Of a DNA stretch of 64,000 nucleotides, positions 39,228 to 54,244 are shown piece by piece. Within the stretch, counting starts at the first letter, position 1. Every line of letters begins with the position of its first letter. The position numbers and the translations under genes were made by a program. The notes under the pieces are model-generated. The model worked only from the letters and a program-made list of their open reading frames with translations. It had not been told where the DNA came from and searched no databases. Source of the DNA: Eledone cirrhosa (lineage: Eukaryota); NCBI GenBank assembly GCA_964016885.1, contig OZ024740.1, positions 181,412,001-181,476,000 of the forward strand, in the 5' to 3' direction.

Positions 39228-40140
39228 ATCCAAGGTTCAATCGGGGGTAACCACAGTAAGTAATGAACAGTTCTAATCCTGAAGAAGACATTTCTATATT
39301 GTATACATATATGCATATATATGGAAGGATCCCTCGATCAGTTTTGATTCGTAGAATTGGTGTCGTCAAATTAAAGAGAATTAAATTGTTTATAGTGGTA
39401 GGGAGAGAGAGACAGATGGGGATATAGAGAGGGGGGGATATAGAAAGATAAATATATATATAAAAAAGGAGGAAGAGAGAAAAGAAGAAAAGAAAAGAGA
39501 ACGAAAAAAGGGAGAGAAGAAAAGAAGAAAATGAAAAAAGGAAAAAGGCATGACGGAGGAGAGAGGGACATAACTATTGGTTACAGTGAGTAACTAAAGG
39601 GGTTAGATTCAATAAGAGGGTAAAGTCTAAGTATATGCAGTTTGTCATGTGGTAGTAGGATGTTAAAAGTTCGATTTGCCCTTGTAGTGCGAACATTTTT
39701 CTTTAAGTCTATGGTTGCAATAAATTGATCTTTCGATTTTATTGTTGAGTAACTTATACTTCGAACTCAAAATGTTGAATAGTTCAAAGTCACATAACCG
39801 ACAGCTTCTCATACCTCTTCGATATGCAGGCGCGTTCGATAATTTCTTCCACTTCAGGGTGTATTGATGGTTACTTTCGCTCAGTTGCCAGGTCTTATTC
39901 GCAAGGGTAGTTACATAACGTTGCTGGGAATGTTTCATTGCGTAACGATGTGTATACCAGCGAGCTTTTAATGTATTCCCAGTCGCTCCGATGTAATACC
40001 ACTTCTGGTTATCTGATTTGACCGTGCATTGGTAAACCAGGTTACACTGCATACATTTATTATGCAATGTACAGGTTTCAGGTAGGTGGCTATTACAATT
40101 CTTGTCATGGGCAACTTCGGCATTATTGGTTGGAAACCCT
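39228..40140 (-). mobile_element. Penelope-like 3' fragment (GIY-YIG region in ORF 39663-40235)
   Basis: CNS..CTL..KC..LVYQC..YYIGAT..KARWYTH..CRLCDFE. Its terminus 39228-39265 matches 50478-50516. Confidence 0.82.
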
Positions 40141-40194
40141 CCAAGAAATTGGATTACAATAAGCAATTTTCTGCTTTCCAAACTATATATATAT

Positions 40195-40502
40195 ATATAT
40201 GCATCGAGTTGAAACTTTGGAAATCCCTCTAACAAATTTTAATATTGTGTTCGTTGTTACACTGGTTGCTCACGATGTGCCACTATTAACAAGTTTTTTC
40301 ATCTGTAACGCTGGGTTCAGCAATACCCACTAAAGGACATTTGTTAGAGGGATTTCCAAAGTTCCAACTCGATGCATATATATATATGCATCGAGTTGGA
40401 ACTTTGGAAATCACGCTAACATATTTCCTTTAGAGGGTATTGCTGAACCCAGCGTTACAGAGTGAATAGTGGCACATCGTGTAACAACGGAAACAATATT
40501 AA
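40195..40502. repeat. Nested inverted repeats (palindrome centred ~40383)
   Basis: 40240-40382 mirrors 40384-40502, and 40195-40237 repeats the centre-proximal arm. Confidence 0.8.
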
Positions 40503-41002
40503 CGTAGACTGGCATATTAGTTGCTAATATGTAATGTAAATGTATAAAATTGAATTAATTGTTGTCAGAAGAATAATTATAAAATGTCAGACAATGTAAT
40601 TGATATTCTAAAACAATATTACGAAAAGTAATTATGGAAGAATTAGATATATTTTGTTTTAAATTCAGTTATATTGAAAATGAGATAAAATATAACAAAG
40701 AACAATGTTTACTCAAAATGTAAGTATATTTCTTGCAATACGAACAAAGACAGCACAGTCACGAATGGAAGGAATTCTATTAAAGATTAGTACAATCCAG
40801 ACTGACACTTGGAAAAACCATATAAATATCAACAGCCCTACCATACGAAGCATGACGAAATTAATATGAATAATACTCTATCTCTAACTCCCCCTTCTCT
40901 CTCTCTCTAACGCTCTCTCTCTATATATATATCTACCTATCTATCAATCGCTATCTCTCTCTCCCATTCTTTCTCTATTTATCTTCCTCTCACACCATCT
41001 CG

Positions 41003-41049
<47 letters not shown>

Positions 41050-41094
41050 CACACACAGGCATATATATATATATATATATACATATATGTATCT

Positions 41095-41146
<52 letters not shown>

Positions 41147-41199
41147 GCGAAGCGTGCGTGCTTTTCAACGATATAATTCATTGGAAGCACAGTCAAAAT

Positions 41200-43690
41200 T
41201 AATACAAATAGTGAAAACAATGCAATTAAACAAAATACGGGTAATTCATAGTAAAACTCATTATTTTACCATCATTTCTGGTGCTGTGGGAAAACACTTC
41301 CCAAGTTATCAATTGGTTCACCGACATCAACAATAAGCCCTCTGCTTCATTTCTACAATTCGAGATCGATGCATATTATTCATCAATATCCCCCAATACT
41401 ACTGAACAAAACATTAATTTTCGCCAAAAATAGATCGGACATACCCATGAAGGACATTAACATCATCACACATGCCAGGCAAACACTACTGGACTTCCAA
41501 GACGAGTATTGGACTAGAAACAAATATAGTGATTTATACGATATCACTATCGGGTCGATGGATTCTGCCCAAGTTACAGACCGTGTGGGCATCTTTCTCC
41601 TATATAATTTAAATTCCTCTTTTCTCCACCTCAAAAGTGGTCTATATCGCGATGACAGTCTTCTTCTATCTAACAATCTTAGTCTCTCAACAATCGAGAC
41701 AAATAAAAAACAAATTAGGAAATTCCTCAAAGATTACTATAATCTTACCATTACTTTTGAAAATAGCACTAAAGTGGTCAATTTCCTCGATATCACTTTA
41801 GATCTATCAATAAGCTTTTACCAACCCTACCATAAACCAAACCAAAACCTGCATTATATATACTCACAATATAACCACCCTGGTTCCATACTAAAAAATC
41901 TAGTGTACAATATCTCACTCAGATTATCTATATTAACATCTAACGAAGAAATATTCTATAAAAATGGACTTTATTATAATGAGGCTTTAACTAGAAGTGG
42001 CTACTAGGATAGAATATTTTACATACCTAACACCATAAATACCTCCAACATACAACCAAACATAAACAACAAACACCATAAGAAACACCAGCAATAAAGC
42101 ACCGAAAAACCTAGATCCTACCATTACACCTAGTACCCACATTAATACGAATGGCACAAACTCTCTAAAAATCATCAATCCTAACGCTTCTGAATATTTC
42201 TATAACCTACCTAATAATATTACTACAAACCATACGAAAACACCTAACTCCACTAATCTTAAAAAATAGTTAACAATAACATCTTATATCTTAATTCTCA
42301 CAATAGACCTAATGATATATTACCTATTACATAGAACCTTCAACCTAATCAAATCACATCTTTACAATCCAATAAACCAGAGAAACATACCCGAACTACT
42401 ATAAATAACAAGAATAATACCAAAATACCAGGTCCAATCAATAAGGCTCCATTAATAAAACTCTCAATATCATCTATAAATCAAACAAAAGACTACATCT
42501 AAAACTAATACGATTCAAAAATCTACTAAACAATTTGTTCACACCCTAATAACAATCACAATATTATAGTATGATCTGATAACAAAATCTACCCTCAAAC
42601 TTCTATACATACCCAATATATCAATAGCAAACCAATTAGAAACCATAAAAGAAACGTAACATGGTATAATGCTCCATTTAACTTGCAAACTATGGGCCTA
42701 ATCCCTAAAAAAATGTTTGCAATTCTCGATAAACATTTCCCACCTAACCACAAATACAATCAAATCTTAAACAGATATACAGTAACATTTTCTTACTCCA
42801 CATCGAGCAATATACAACAAAAAATAAGTGCATATAACAGCTATAAATGTAAAACATCTCCATGCATACCTCTAGCACACCACACACAAACTAACTATAC
42901 TAATACTACAACACATAACTAGAATATTATTACCCATCCACCAGTTACATCCACTCACTACCCTCACCAACACAATGCATCAGCCTACAACCAACTACAA
43001 TCTTCCTCATCCTTAATAGGAACTAAAAATTACATACCCAAGCTGATCCATAACTTCCAAAACAACCATGATTCTATAAACACTATATCCCCTATAATTT
43101 CACAAACTAACAACCCTTCGAGCCATGACCACCCAACCGCAAACCCTTCTCTCTCATATAAAAATATAAATACAAATACTAGCACTATTATTGGGAATAT
43201 AGCAAGCACATCTGAAACCCTATGTACAAACGGTTGTAATTGTAGAGGAAAAAGTTATTTTCCCTTAAATGGAAATTGCTTAATTAATAATATAGTGAAT
43301 AAATGTATAATTACCACTAAGGACTCTAATCAATCCTGTATTGGATCCACATCTAATCCGTTTAAATCGAGATTTTATGCACACACCCACAGTTTTCGAA
43401 ACACAAGAATAGGTAATACCATTTCTTTAGCAGAAGTTAATAATTGTAAATAGAAGAAAATTAATTATAACCTAACTTGGAAGTTTCTCAAAAGTGCCAT
43501 TTATTATTAGGACAATAGAAAGGGGTTTGGACTATGTTCCCATGAATTTTTTGAAATTACTAAATCGAGAGACACTCTATTAAATAAAAGATGGGATTAA
43601 TTATCGCATGTAAGTATAGAATTAGAAAGACATTCAAGTATTATAAATACAACTAAACAAATAAAGAAAAAATGTAAAAGAAAATGTATG

Positions 43691-43737
<47 letters not shown>

Positions 43738-43758
43738 ATGTGTGTGTGTGTGTGTATG

Positions 43759-43835
<77 letters not shown>

Positions 43836-44712
43836 ATTTAATTTTTATATATATATATATATTTTTTTTTTTGCTATTAGAATTAATCGATAGACTCAAT
43901 CCTATATCTCATCCCGATAACTGTTTTAAATAATTAACTATTAATGAGCACTATATATTACATTATATTCAACACTATAACAAAACATTAACAGACATGC
44001 ATTTAAACCTATTAAGAAAATCAGATTAATAATGAGATTTCTTATTCGAAAATAAAATTCCCTACAGGTAAACTTCATTCTGAGCACTCTAACAGCAGGA
44101 ATGAAGGGTACTTACACAAATTTTACTATTTTCTTACCTATATATTTTTTTTATCTAAATTTTACTTGTTCTATTTTTAGAACAAATTATTCCTCTTGAA
44201 CAAAGAAAAAACAAATATTTAGGATTGTTCTATACTATTCTACTAGATATAACATACATCTGCACCCCTTTTCCTCCAACTTTATTCTTCCTTAACCGTC
44301 CACACTTTTCTATATAAATTCCTTTACACTCGCATCTTTCTTTTCTTTTCTTAAAGGTCATTCCATACATCATCCCCTAACTGCTAATTTATTCATCTAC
44401 TACTACCAGCTTAATGATCTATATTTCCCCTTCCTGTTTTTACTATTGGTCAATCTCAAACTTGTTATTAAAAGGTTACTTATTCATACATGTGTTTATG
44501 TTCTTCAATAAACAAAACTCATTATTTGTGAAGACGGCGGGTAAGGAAGACGTATGTATAGTTTCTTACTTTGTTAATTTATGATATATTTTACATATAT
44601 CACTAATAGAATGAACATACGGAGAACTGCCCCCCAGAAACGATCGTAAAATAATGAGTTTTACTATGAATTACCCGTATTTTGTTTAATTTCATTGTTT
44701 TCACTATTTGTG
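41200..44712 (+). mobile_element. Penelope-like element, decayed (RT ORF 41369-42007; GIY-YIG remnant ~43230-43640), inverted termini
   Basis: YDITIGSMDSAQVTDRVG, GLYRDD, NFLDITLDL, YHKPN, NHP. 41203-41281 is inverted at 44634-44712. Confidence 0.88.
44514..44662 (+). ncRNA. Hammerhead ribozyme motif with ~100-nt stem II insert (core C mutated)
   Basis: 14-bp stem I AAAACTCATTATTT/AAATAATGAGTTTT. GTGAAGA 44528-44534. GAAACGATCGTA| 44637-44648. Confidence 0.65.
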
Positions 44713-44774
44713 TTATATATACATATATATACATATATATACATATATATATACATATATATATATATATTTTT

Positions 44775-45110
44775 CTAGGGAGGGTAAAATTCCCGAGATC
44801 CATGGACGAGTTCCTTCCAGCGGTCTCTGTCCCTCATTATCGCTGCCATGTCCTGCGTCTCCAACAGACCAGTGTCTGTCATTAGGGCATCAACATGCGT
44901 TAAACTTGGTCTTCCTCTTCCAGTGTGTCCATGTTGGGGCTTCCACAGGAGCACTGAGTGTAATGTCAACTCTGGATGTCGGTGAGCATGTCCAGCTAAC
45001 CCCAGTCTCCTCTGTGTCACTTTTGAGCTGAATTTTGGGAGGCTCCCATACAGCTCTGAGTTTTTCATCCTCAGTGTATACAGATTAATGTTCAGAGCCA
45101 TCCTCTGCAT
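44775..45110 (-). mobile_element. RTE-clade LINE extreme 3' coding fragment
   Basis: RRLGLAGHAHRH..LLWKPQHG..GRGRP..DRDRWK is typical of RTE ORF C-termini. Confidence 0.8.
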
Positions 45111-45505
45111 TACCTGTCGTTGTCGTTGTTGGGTTCTCTTATAATAACAATATTACTAGAAGTCTATTTGTTCTTGCATGTAGCACTATTCTTATTTTAT
45201 CTTCTTCCTTTTCTTTTCTTTTCATGTCTTCTTTTTTAACTTCTTTATTTGACCTACTTCTTTCGCCCCATTTCTTATAATCTATCCACTCATACTTTCC
45301 TACTAATTCCATTTTCGAAACCAGTTATAACTATATATGTTAATAGTTGGTTGCGAATTAACTTTGATTAAAATAATGAAATAACATAAAAAATAGCGTT
45401 TCAAGATATGTGATATATATGATGAAACACGTGTAATTGTTAAGCAATATCTGCTATCCCACTGATCTGGCTTATGGTGTTTTTAATAATATTTTTTTAA
45501 TTATC

Positions 45506-45594
<89 letters not shown>

Positions 45595-45706
45595 CAATCT
45601 CTCTCTCTATATATATATATGTGTGTCTGATGGTAGCTATGATGTTTCCATAGGCGTTATGCCGGTTGATCACTCTATGTTCTTACAGAGCAGAGTGTGA
45701 TATAAT

Positions 45707-45927
45707 ATAAAACGAAAAATCAGTGATGCATCTGAACTCAATTTATTGTGTGTTACAATTGTTTCGCCGGCAGACAGCCCGAGACACGATCATTGTGTGG
45801 ATTTGTCTGATTCTGGATCTAAGAATCAGACAGATCCACACAATGATTGTGTCTCGAGCTGTCTGCCGGCCGAAACAATTGTAACACACAATAAATTGAT
45901 TTCAGACGCATCACTGATTTTTCGTTT

Positions 45928-45930
<3 letters not shown>
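45707..45930. repeat. Hairpin with ~105-bp arms containing a hammerhead 3' half (GAAACAATTGTA)
   Basis: Direct reverse-complement match around a short loop at ~45813-45820. Confidence 0.9.
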
Positions 45931-46006
<76 letters not shown>

Positions 46007-46239
46007 TAGTGTGTGTGTGTGTGCATACATATATATTACAACAAACAACATCATGAAATGAAATAGTTACCGATTTCTTCTGTGGTGCGAACTGGACCTT
46101 TCTATTAGGATCGTCTTGTTTCCTGAAACCTTTGGTAATGGAATAATTATATTGTGTTTATTATGTAATTAAATAGCTCTGTATTATACATAGAGCACTC
46201 TTCATTACTTTAACTTTTCTACGGAAATACTTAACATGT

Positions 46240-46870
46240 ATAGTTCTGTTCACATGCCAACCCAAGAGCAGGAATGAAGGGTTCATTAAACTGACATGGC
46301 TATAAAATTGAGGCTTGTTTGTACAATTGCAAACGAATCGAATATTATTATTAATAATCAAAAATCTCAGATTACATTTATTGTATTCAGCCATGGAGTG
46401 CGAACATTTTCTTTTTTATTTGAATTTGCAAAACCGGCCATTTATCGCTCGTATACAGGAAACTGACTGGCCAGTCTGGTGATATACAAATCTGGATGAT
46501 CAGTGAATCTGCTAATATGAAGATATGACTGATCAGCCGGTCTGCTAATATGCGAATCAGGCCGATCAGTGACTGTGTATTTTTGAAAATAGCATATATT
46601 TTCACTAGCTCTGAAAGTTTGACTGGTGAACCGTGAGCTGTACTGATGAAGAGTGATCCCCCAAAACATTAGTGTCTGCAGTTCTGTTCACATGCCAACA
46701 TAAGAGCAAGAATGAACCGTTTGTTCTACTGACATGACTATAACATTGAGGATTGTTTGTATAATTGCAAACGAATCGAATATTATTATTAATATTCGAA
46801 AAACTTAGATTACCTTTATTGTATTCAGCCATGTAGAGCGAAAACATTTTATTTATACATATATATGTAT
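46240..46870 (+). mobile_element. Diverged direct repeats (46240-46410 and 46680-46855) with a degenerate hammerhead (46639-46680); inverted fragment at 48300-48370
   Basis: TGTA CTGATGA .. AAAA CATTAGTG TC|TGCA. Penelope pseudo-LTR-like tandem arrangement. Confidence 0.6.
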
Positions 46871-48003
46871 ATATATATATATACATACATATATATATAT
46901 ATAAACTAGAAATGGATTGACATATATATAAAATAAACATATGGAACAATCACAGGGAATAATTTGAAAGTATGTAAGCACACATAGCTAGGTAGGTAAC
47001 CAACTAAAGTTTAACTAGAACTTCAAATCTAGATACCTTTTAAAATGATTAATCTCCTTTGTGTATATTTCTTTAAATAAATATATTTCACCAATTAATC
47101 AGTAAATCACAGTAGTCATATCCTGGATGGTCACCAAAGGAAAATATATAACTATCTGCGTTTACAAAGCAAATGTAAATCTGTGAATGATTCGAACCAC
47201 GTGTTGCATATTTAAAAAATACACACATCGCACAACGTCATCCCAATGGTGTGAATAGGATTATCGACAGCTAGAAATAGCAGCCGAGTCCATTCAACTG
47301 AGTTAGCTCTACAATTAAGGGGCCGTATATATATCCAAAATTAAATTAAGGGTTGTCGTGTCTGAGAGACATGCGCCATATCCACTGCAGAATAAGCTCA
47401 AAGATTCCGATGAATATATCCGAACATTTCATATCAACTAGAAATAGATTGAAACATATATATATATATACATATAGGGCACACAAATTTAATGAAAATT
47501 TGCTCACGTGACAGCCATAATTTCATTTATAACCGACCCCAAAAAAAGCCTTCGTGAGCCTCCTTTTTTCAAGTAAAATGAAATTCAAACGCTCATATAT
47601 GAAAAAACAACCTGCGACAACCCCCCCCCCCCTTTATTTGAAGAACTATTGTAACGCGAACTGGCGCGAAATTTATTATAATTATTGACAAACCAATCAA
47701 ATTACTTCTCGAAAAACCTGGCATTTCGAACCACTTTTTCCATATAAAACAAGTAACATTCAGAGACCAACCAGATGTGAGAAAAACCACAGACCCTCCA
47801 TCTCAACTCACCTTTTGAAAAGCAGAAAAACTGCGAAACCGGTAAAGGAACCAAATAAATATATATATTTTAAAAAAAAATAAGACTCCAGTTGCATTTT
47901 CGATTTCATCTCTTTTTCTTTATACTTTCACTCGTGTAGGACACCTCGGTTATTTTTCATTTTGTAAAAAGAAACTCACTTTCTAATATATATATATATA
48001 TAT

Positions 48004-48178
48004 ATATGAAGAAGAAGTTTATGAAACGGAAATGCGGGTATAAAGAATTTATTAGGTAACAATTGTTTCTATAGTGTATGGGTTACCTATACCTCGCTAT
48101 TTGTATAATATAGAAACAATTGTTAGCTAATAAATTCTTTATACCCGCATTTCCGTTTCATAAACTTCTTCTTCATAT
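48004..48178. repeat. Hairpin with ~68-bp arms containing a hammerhead-like 3' half (GAAACAATTGTT)
   Basis: Direct reverse-complement match. Confidence 0.88.
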
Positions 48179-48394
48179 TTTCTCCGGATTTTAAAACACA
48201 CTTTATTATACGTCGGTTGACTCCATCCAATGCGACTACTTAGTAACATTGGAAGACAGATTTATTAATTCTTATATATATATATATATATATGTGTGTA
48301 TAAATAAAATGTTTTCGCTCAACATGGCTGAATACAATAAAGGTAATCTAAGTTTTTCGAATATTAATACTATATATATATATATATATATAAA

Positions 48395-48600
48395 CGATCG
48401 ACTTTCGTCAAATCGGACCGAGGGAACAATGTTTCCGTTGGTCTTTCCAATTGCTAATACTATCTATCGGTCGCAACTCCAGGTAGAAGGAGCAACGTGA
48501 AATAAAGTGTCTTGCTCAAGGACATAACGCAGCGCCTGGTCCAGGGATCGAACTGACAGCCTTACGATTGCGAATCCAATTCTCTAACCACTCATTCACA
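48395..48600 (-). mobile_element. tRNA-derived SINE family S2
   Basis: On -: GAGTGGTTAGAG A-box, GTTCGATCCC B-box, GTCCTTGAGCAAGACACTT. Second copy at 60660-60870. Confidence 0.75.
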
Positions 48601-48605
48601 CGCCT

Positions 48606-48680
<75 letters not shown>

Positions 48681-48693
48681 TTATATATATATA

Positions 48694-48803
<110 letters not shown>

Positions 48804-48943
48804 GAGTTATGTTGGTTGTATACCAACACCTCAGTATACAGGCTGGAGCACTCGACGGAGTGCGCAGGTTGGTTTGGTTACTCCGGAGTAGTGTAATATA
48901 AAGTTAAATAAAAGTCAAATGATTAAAATTTAGCTCGTTTATT

Positions 48944-48998
48944 ACTGCTATATATATTTCAGTGACAGCCATCTTTGGCTGTGACCTCTTCAGGCAGT
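48944..48998 (-). ncRNA. Minimal hammerhead ribozyme
   Basis: Exact inverse of 50313-50367. Confidence 0.8.
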
Positions 48999-50312
48999 TT
49001 GAATTAGTATGGTATAGACAAGTACATATGTTGTTTAGGTGTATGATATTGTCAATACTCTGATATGCCCAGTTCCTTGTTGGGTTGTTAATTCACTGGG
49101 GAACTGGAGTCATATGAATTCAAACAAACGAATTTTCGTGTCACAGGTCCCCTTCTCCTCTCATTGGTCAGTTATTAGAACATTCTTCATTCTAAGTGTT
49201 GTTATTGTTGGAGTTAGCTTAAAAATTGATAAAATGGTAGAAGGGACAAGGTGTTGAAGGAACAAAATATCAAAAAATGTGTCAAACTTCCCATTGTTCA
49301 GTTCTGAGAGCATTCCTCAGTCAGAATTCTATAGAATTCTTTCTGGGGTGAGGCTCCCTGTAGTGTTTTTGCCTGCTATTGTTCAGTACATTTGACCTCC
49401 ACCATTATTTTGGTACTGTTGTTGTTGTAGTGGTCAGCTTATATCTTGCTGCTGCTAACAATTTAGAAGTATCCAGTTTGTGTTTTCTCTTCATCCCACC
49501 CGCCACCATCGTAGTGGTGGTGGTGGTGGTGGGGGGGGGGTTCTTTCATGTATATGAAGAAATATAAGGCAGTAAATGAAGAAAACAAAATAAATAAATA
49601 ATATAATAAAATAAAATAATTAATATAATTTGTGTAATTTGAAAATAAATAAATAAATAGAGAATAAAGAATAAAGAGTAAATGAGAGATTGGTGAAAAA
49701 GTAATGATAATGTATATGGAGAAGTGAGAAATAATGTAGGATAAAGTGTGTGTGTGTGTGCTATAACCAATCTCAAGGTCAGAATATGTTGGATAGATTG
49801 GTATGATACAAGATGTTAAGATGAGATATTCAATGTGTTTGTGTTATAATCTATCTCAACTTAAAATAAATATAAGGTGATACAGTGAAGAGGGCAGAAA
49901 ACAAATAACAAATTAATAAAGAGAAATCAAAATTTAAGATTGGAACTTTAAAGTCAGAAATCTGGTAAATTAAAAGTGTTTGTGTTATAGATGCTGGCCA
50001 GATTATTATGGCTGTGTCCGATTCTATCTCTAGGCTATCATGGTGTCTTCTCCGCCTGGATTGTTCCCTATGGCTTGAGGGGAGTTCACAACCTAGGGTG
50101 TTGTACTTGCCCATATAGCTTGAGGGAGGTCTGGCCGAGAGGTGTTTTCATGTTCTGTAGAAGTCCCTATAGCTTGAGGGGAGTTGTTTGAATTCATATG
50201 ACTCCAGTTCCCCAGTGAATTAACAACCCAACAAGGAACTGGGCATATCAGAGTATTGACAATATCATACACCTAAACAACATATGTACTTGTCTATACC
50301 ATACTAATTCAA

Positions 50313-50367
50313 ACTGCCTGAAGAGGTCACAGCCAAAGATGGCTGTCACTGAAATATATATAGCAGT
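50313..50367 (+). ncRNA. Minimal hammerhead ribozyme
   Basis: ACTGC CTGAAGA GGTCACAGCC..GGCTGTCACT GAAA TATATA TA|GCAGT. Confidence 0.82.
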
Positions 50368-50411
50368 AATAAACGAAGCTAAATTTTAATCATTTGACTT
50401 TTATTTAACTT

Positions 50412-50477
<66 letters not shown>

Positions 50478-50544
50478 GTTATTCCGGGTTGAATCGGAGG
50501 TAACCACAGTAAGTAAGGTACTCAATACATAGCAGAGTATAAAA

Positions 50545-52087
<1,543 letters not shown>

Positions 52088-52402
52088 TAAACGGAATAGA
52101 AAATGCTGACAAATTGTTCACAGTTGAAAAATGGTTTAATTAGGAATAAAAGAGTATTAGTGATTGTATGGGTTAGTATTCAGTTGTGGTTTATATACTT
52201 TCCTTATGAAAATTAACGGCTGAGCAGCCTAATTTGCATATTGAGTGAGTTAAATCGGTCAGGCATACCGAAAACGATAAGTTGAAAAAAATGAGAAAAA
52301 AAAAAATGTTGACAAACAAACGAACAAAGCAGGCGTTATAATAAACGTCGGCTAAACTGATGCGTGCATATATGTATGTGTACCTGTATGCATATGTGTA
52401 TA

Positions 52403-52442
<40 letters not shown>

Positions 52443-52678
52443 TGCTACTGTACGTGTGTATACATATATGTATGTACGTATACATACATACTTACATTTA
52501 AGTAAGTGCCATACTAAGAGTGAGAAATGAAATTTCGTTTTCATTTTTTTCAACTTATCGTTTTCGGTATGCTTGACCGATTTAACTCACTCAATATGCA
52601 AATTAGGCTGCTCAGCCGTTAATTTTCATACGGAAAGTATATACTTTCGAACGTTCAACTATCTGGCAGATGGGTAAA

Positions 52679-52719
52679 CGGTGCTGATGATAGCTAACAA
52701 GCTTGAAACTAGTACATCG
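52679..52719 (+). ncRNA. Minimal hammerhead ribozyme
   Basis: CGGTG CTGATGA TAGCTAACAAGCTT GAAA CTAG TA|CATCG. Confidence 0.85.
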
Positions 52720-53154
52720 TTCCTGTGTCAGTGTTGAACAAAAAGGTGACGTGGTTGCCTTAACACCGTATGGCATAAATTCAGGCTGTTCAATTTGTTG
52801 ACAAACAAACGAACAAAGCAGGCGTTATAATAAACGTCGGCTAAACTGATGCGTGCATATATGTATGTGTACCTGTATGCATATGTGTATATATATGTAT
52901 ATATATATATATATATGCATGCTACTGTACGTCTGTATACATATATGCATGTACCTATACATACATACTTACATTTAAGTAAGTGCCATACTAAGAGTGA
53001 GAAATGAAATTTCGTTTTCATTTTTTCAACTTATCGTTTTCGGTATGCCTGACCGATTTAACTCACTCAATATGCAAATTAGGCTGCTCAGCCTTTAATT
53101 TTCATAAGGAAAGTATATACTTTCGAACGTTCAACTATCTGGCAGATGGGTAAA

Positions 53155-53195
53155 CGGTGCTGATGATAGCTAACAAGCTTGAAACTAGTACATCG
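53155..53195 (+). ncRNA. Minimal hammerhead ribozyme (identical to 52679-52719)
   Basis: Same motif 476 bp downstream. Confidence 0.85.
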
Positions 53196-53367
53196 TTCCT
53201 GTGTCAGTGTTGAACAAAAAGGTGACATGGTTGCCTTAACACCGTATGGCATAAATTCAGGCTGTTCGATTTGTTGACAAACAAACGAACAAAGCAGGCG
53301 TTATAATAAACGTCGGCTAAACTGATGCGTGCATATATGTATGTGCACCTGTATGCATATGTGTATA

Positions 53368-53463
<96 letters not shown>

Positions 53464-53605
53464 TGCTACTGTACGTCTGTATACATATATGTATGTACGT
53501 ATACATACATACTTACATTTAAGTAAGTGCCATACTAAGAGTGAGAAATGAAATTTCGTTTCCATTTTTTTTCACCTTATATATATATATATATATATAT
53601 ATACA

Positions 53606-53665
<60 letters not shown>

Positions 53666-53776
53666 TACATACATATATATATATGTATGTATGTATATAT
53701 GTATATATATATATATATATAGATGTAAATATGTGTTGAAACAGTGAGCAGGTTTGAAATTAGAAAATAGAATAGC

Positions 53777-53959
53777 TTTCACCGTATTTTTTTACTAAAC
53801 AAGTTTAGACTGATAATGGGGTTTAAAACCCTCAGATAAATGGAAAAAGATGAGTATTGATGTACATTTACATTGAAACTCATTTTTGTCCATTTATCTG
53901 AGGGTTCTAAACCCCATTATCAGACTAAAAATTATTTAGTAAAAAAATACGGTGAAAGG
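53777..53959. repeat. Hairpin with ~80-bp arms
   Basis: CTTTCACCGTATTTTTTTACTAAA.. versus ..TTTAGTAAAAAAATACGGTGAAAG. Confidence 0.85.
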
Positions 53960-54089
53960 TATTATATATATATACGTATATATATATATATATATTAAAA
54001 TAACAGATTAAAGTTTAAGCAAAGAATATATATTTATCCTTATCGAGCCCTCTTTGGATTTTAGTCTTCAAATTGATTATTATTATTAC

Positions 54090-54205
54090 AGTCTGAGTTC
54101 AAATCCCGCCGAGCGTAACTTTGCCTTGCATACTTACGGGGTCGATATAATAAAGTACCAGTAATGTACTGGGTAATTGCTGGCTTTGTGCCTAAAGTAG
54201 AAACA
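54090..54205 (+). mobile_element. SINE S1, 5'-truncated, in an (ATT)n context
   Basis: B-box through GTAGAAACAATT. ATTATTAC is duplicated on both sides. Confidence 0.82.
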
Positions 54206-54210
54206 ATTAT

Positions 54211-54244
<34 letters not shown>

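Larger units (their letters stand above)
48900..50415. mobile_element. Penelope-like remnant bounded by ~225-bp nearly identical inverted repeats, each with a hammerhead
   Basis: 48900-49122 is the reverse complement of 50188-50415. Confidence 0.8.
52192..53578 (+). mobile_element. Non-coding tandem repeat (~2.6 x 476 bp) with one hammerhead per full unit and a 5' inverted segment; retrozyme-like
   Basis: Units are nearly identical apart from internal (TA)n length. 52192-52293 is the inverse of ~52540-52643. Confidence 0.82.

Noticed and set aside
50064-50187. Three spaced CCCTATAGCTTGAGGG repeats resembling a CRISPR array
   Set aside because: Short, degenerate, eukaryotic context, no cas genes. 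Internal repeats of a retroelement remnant.
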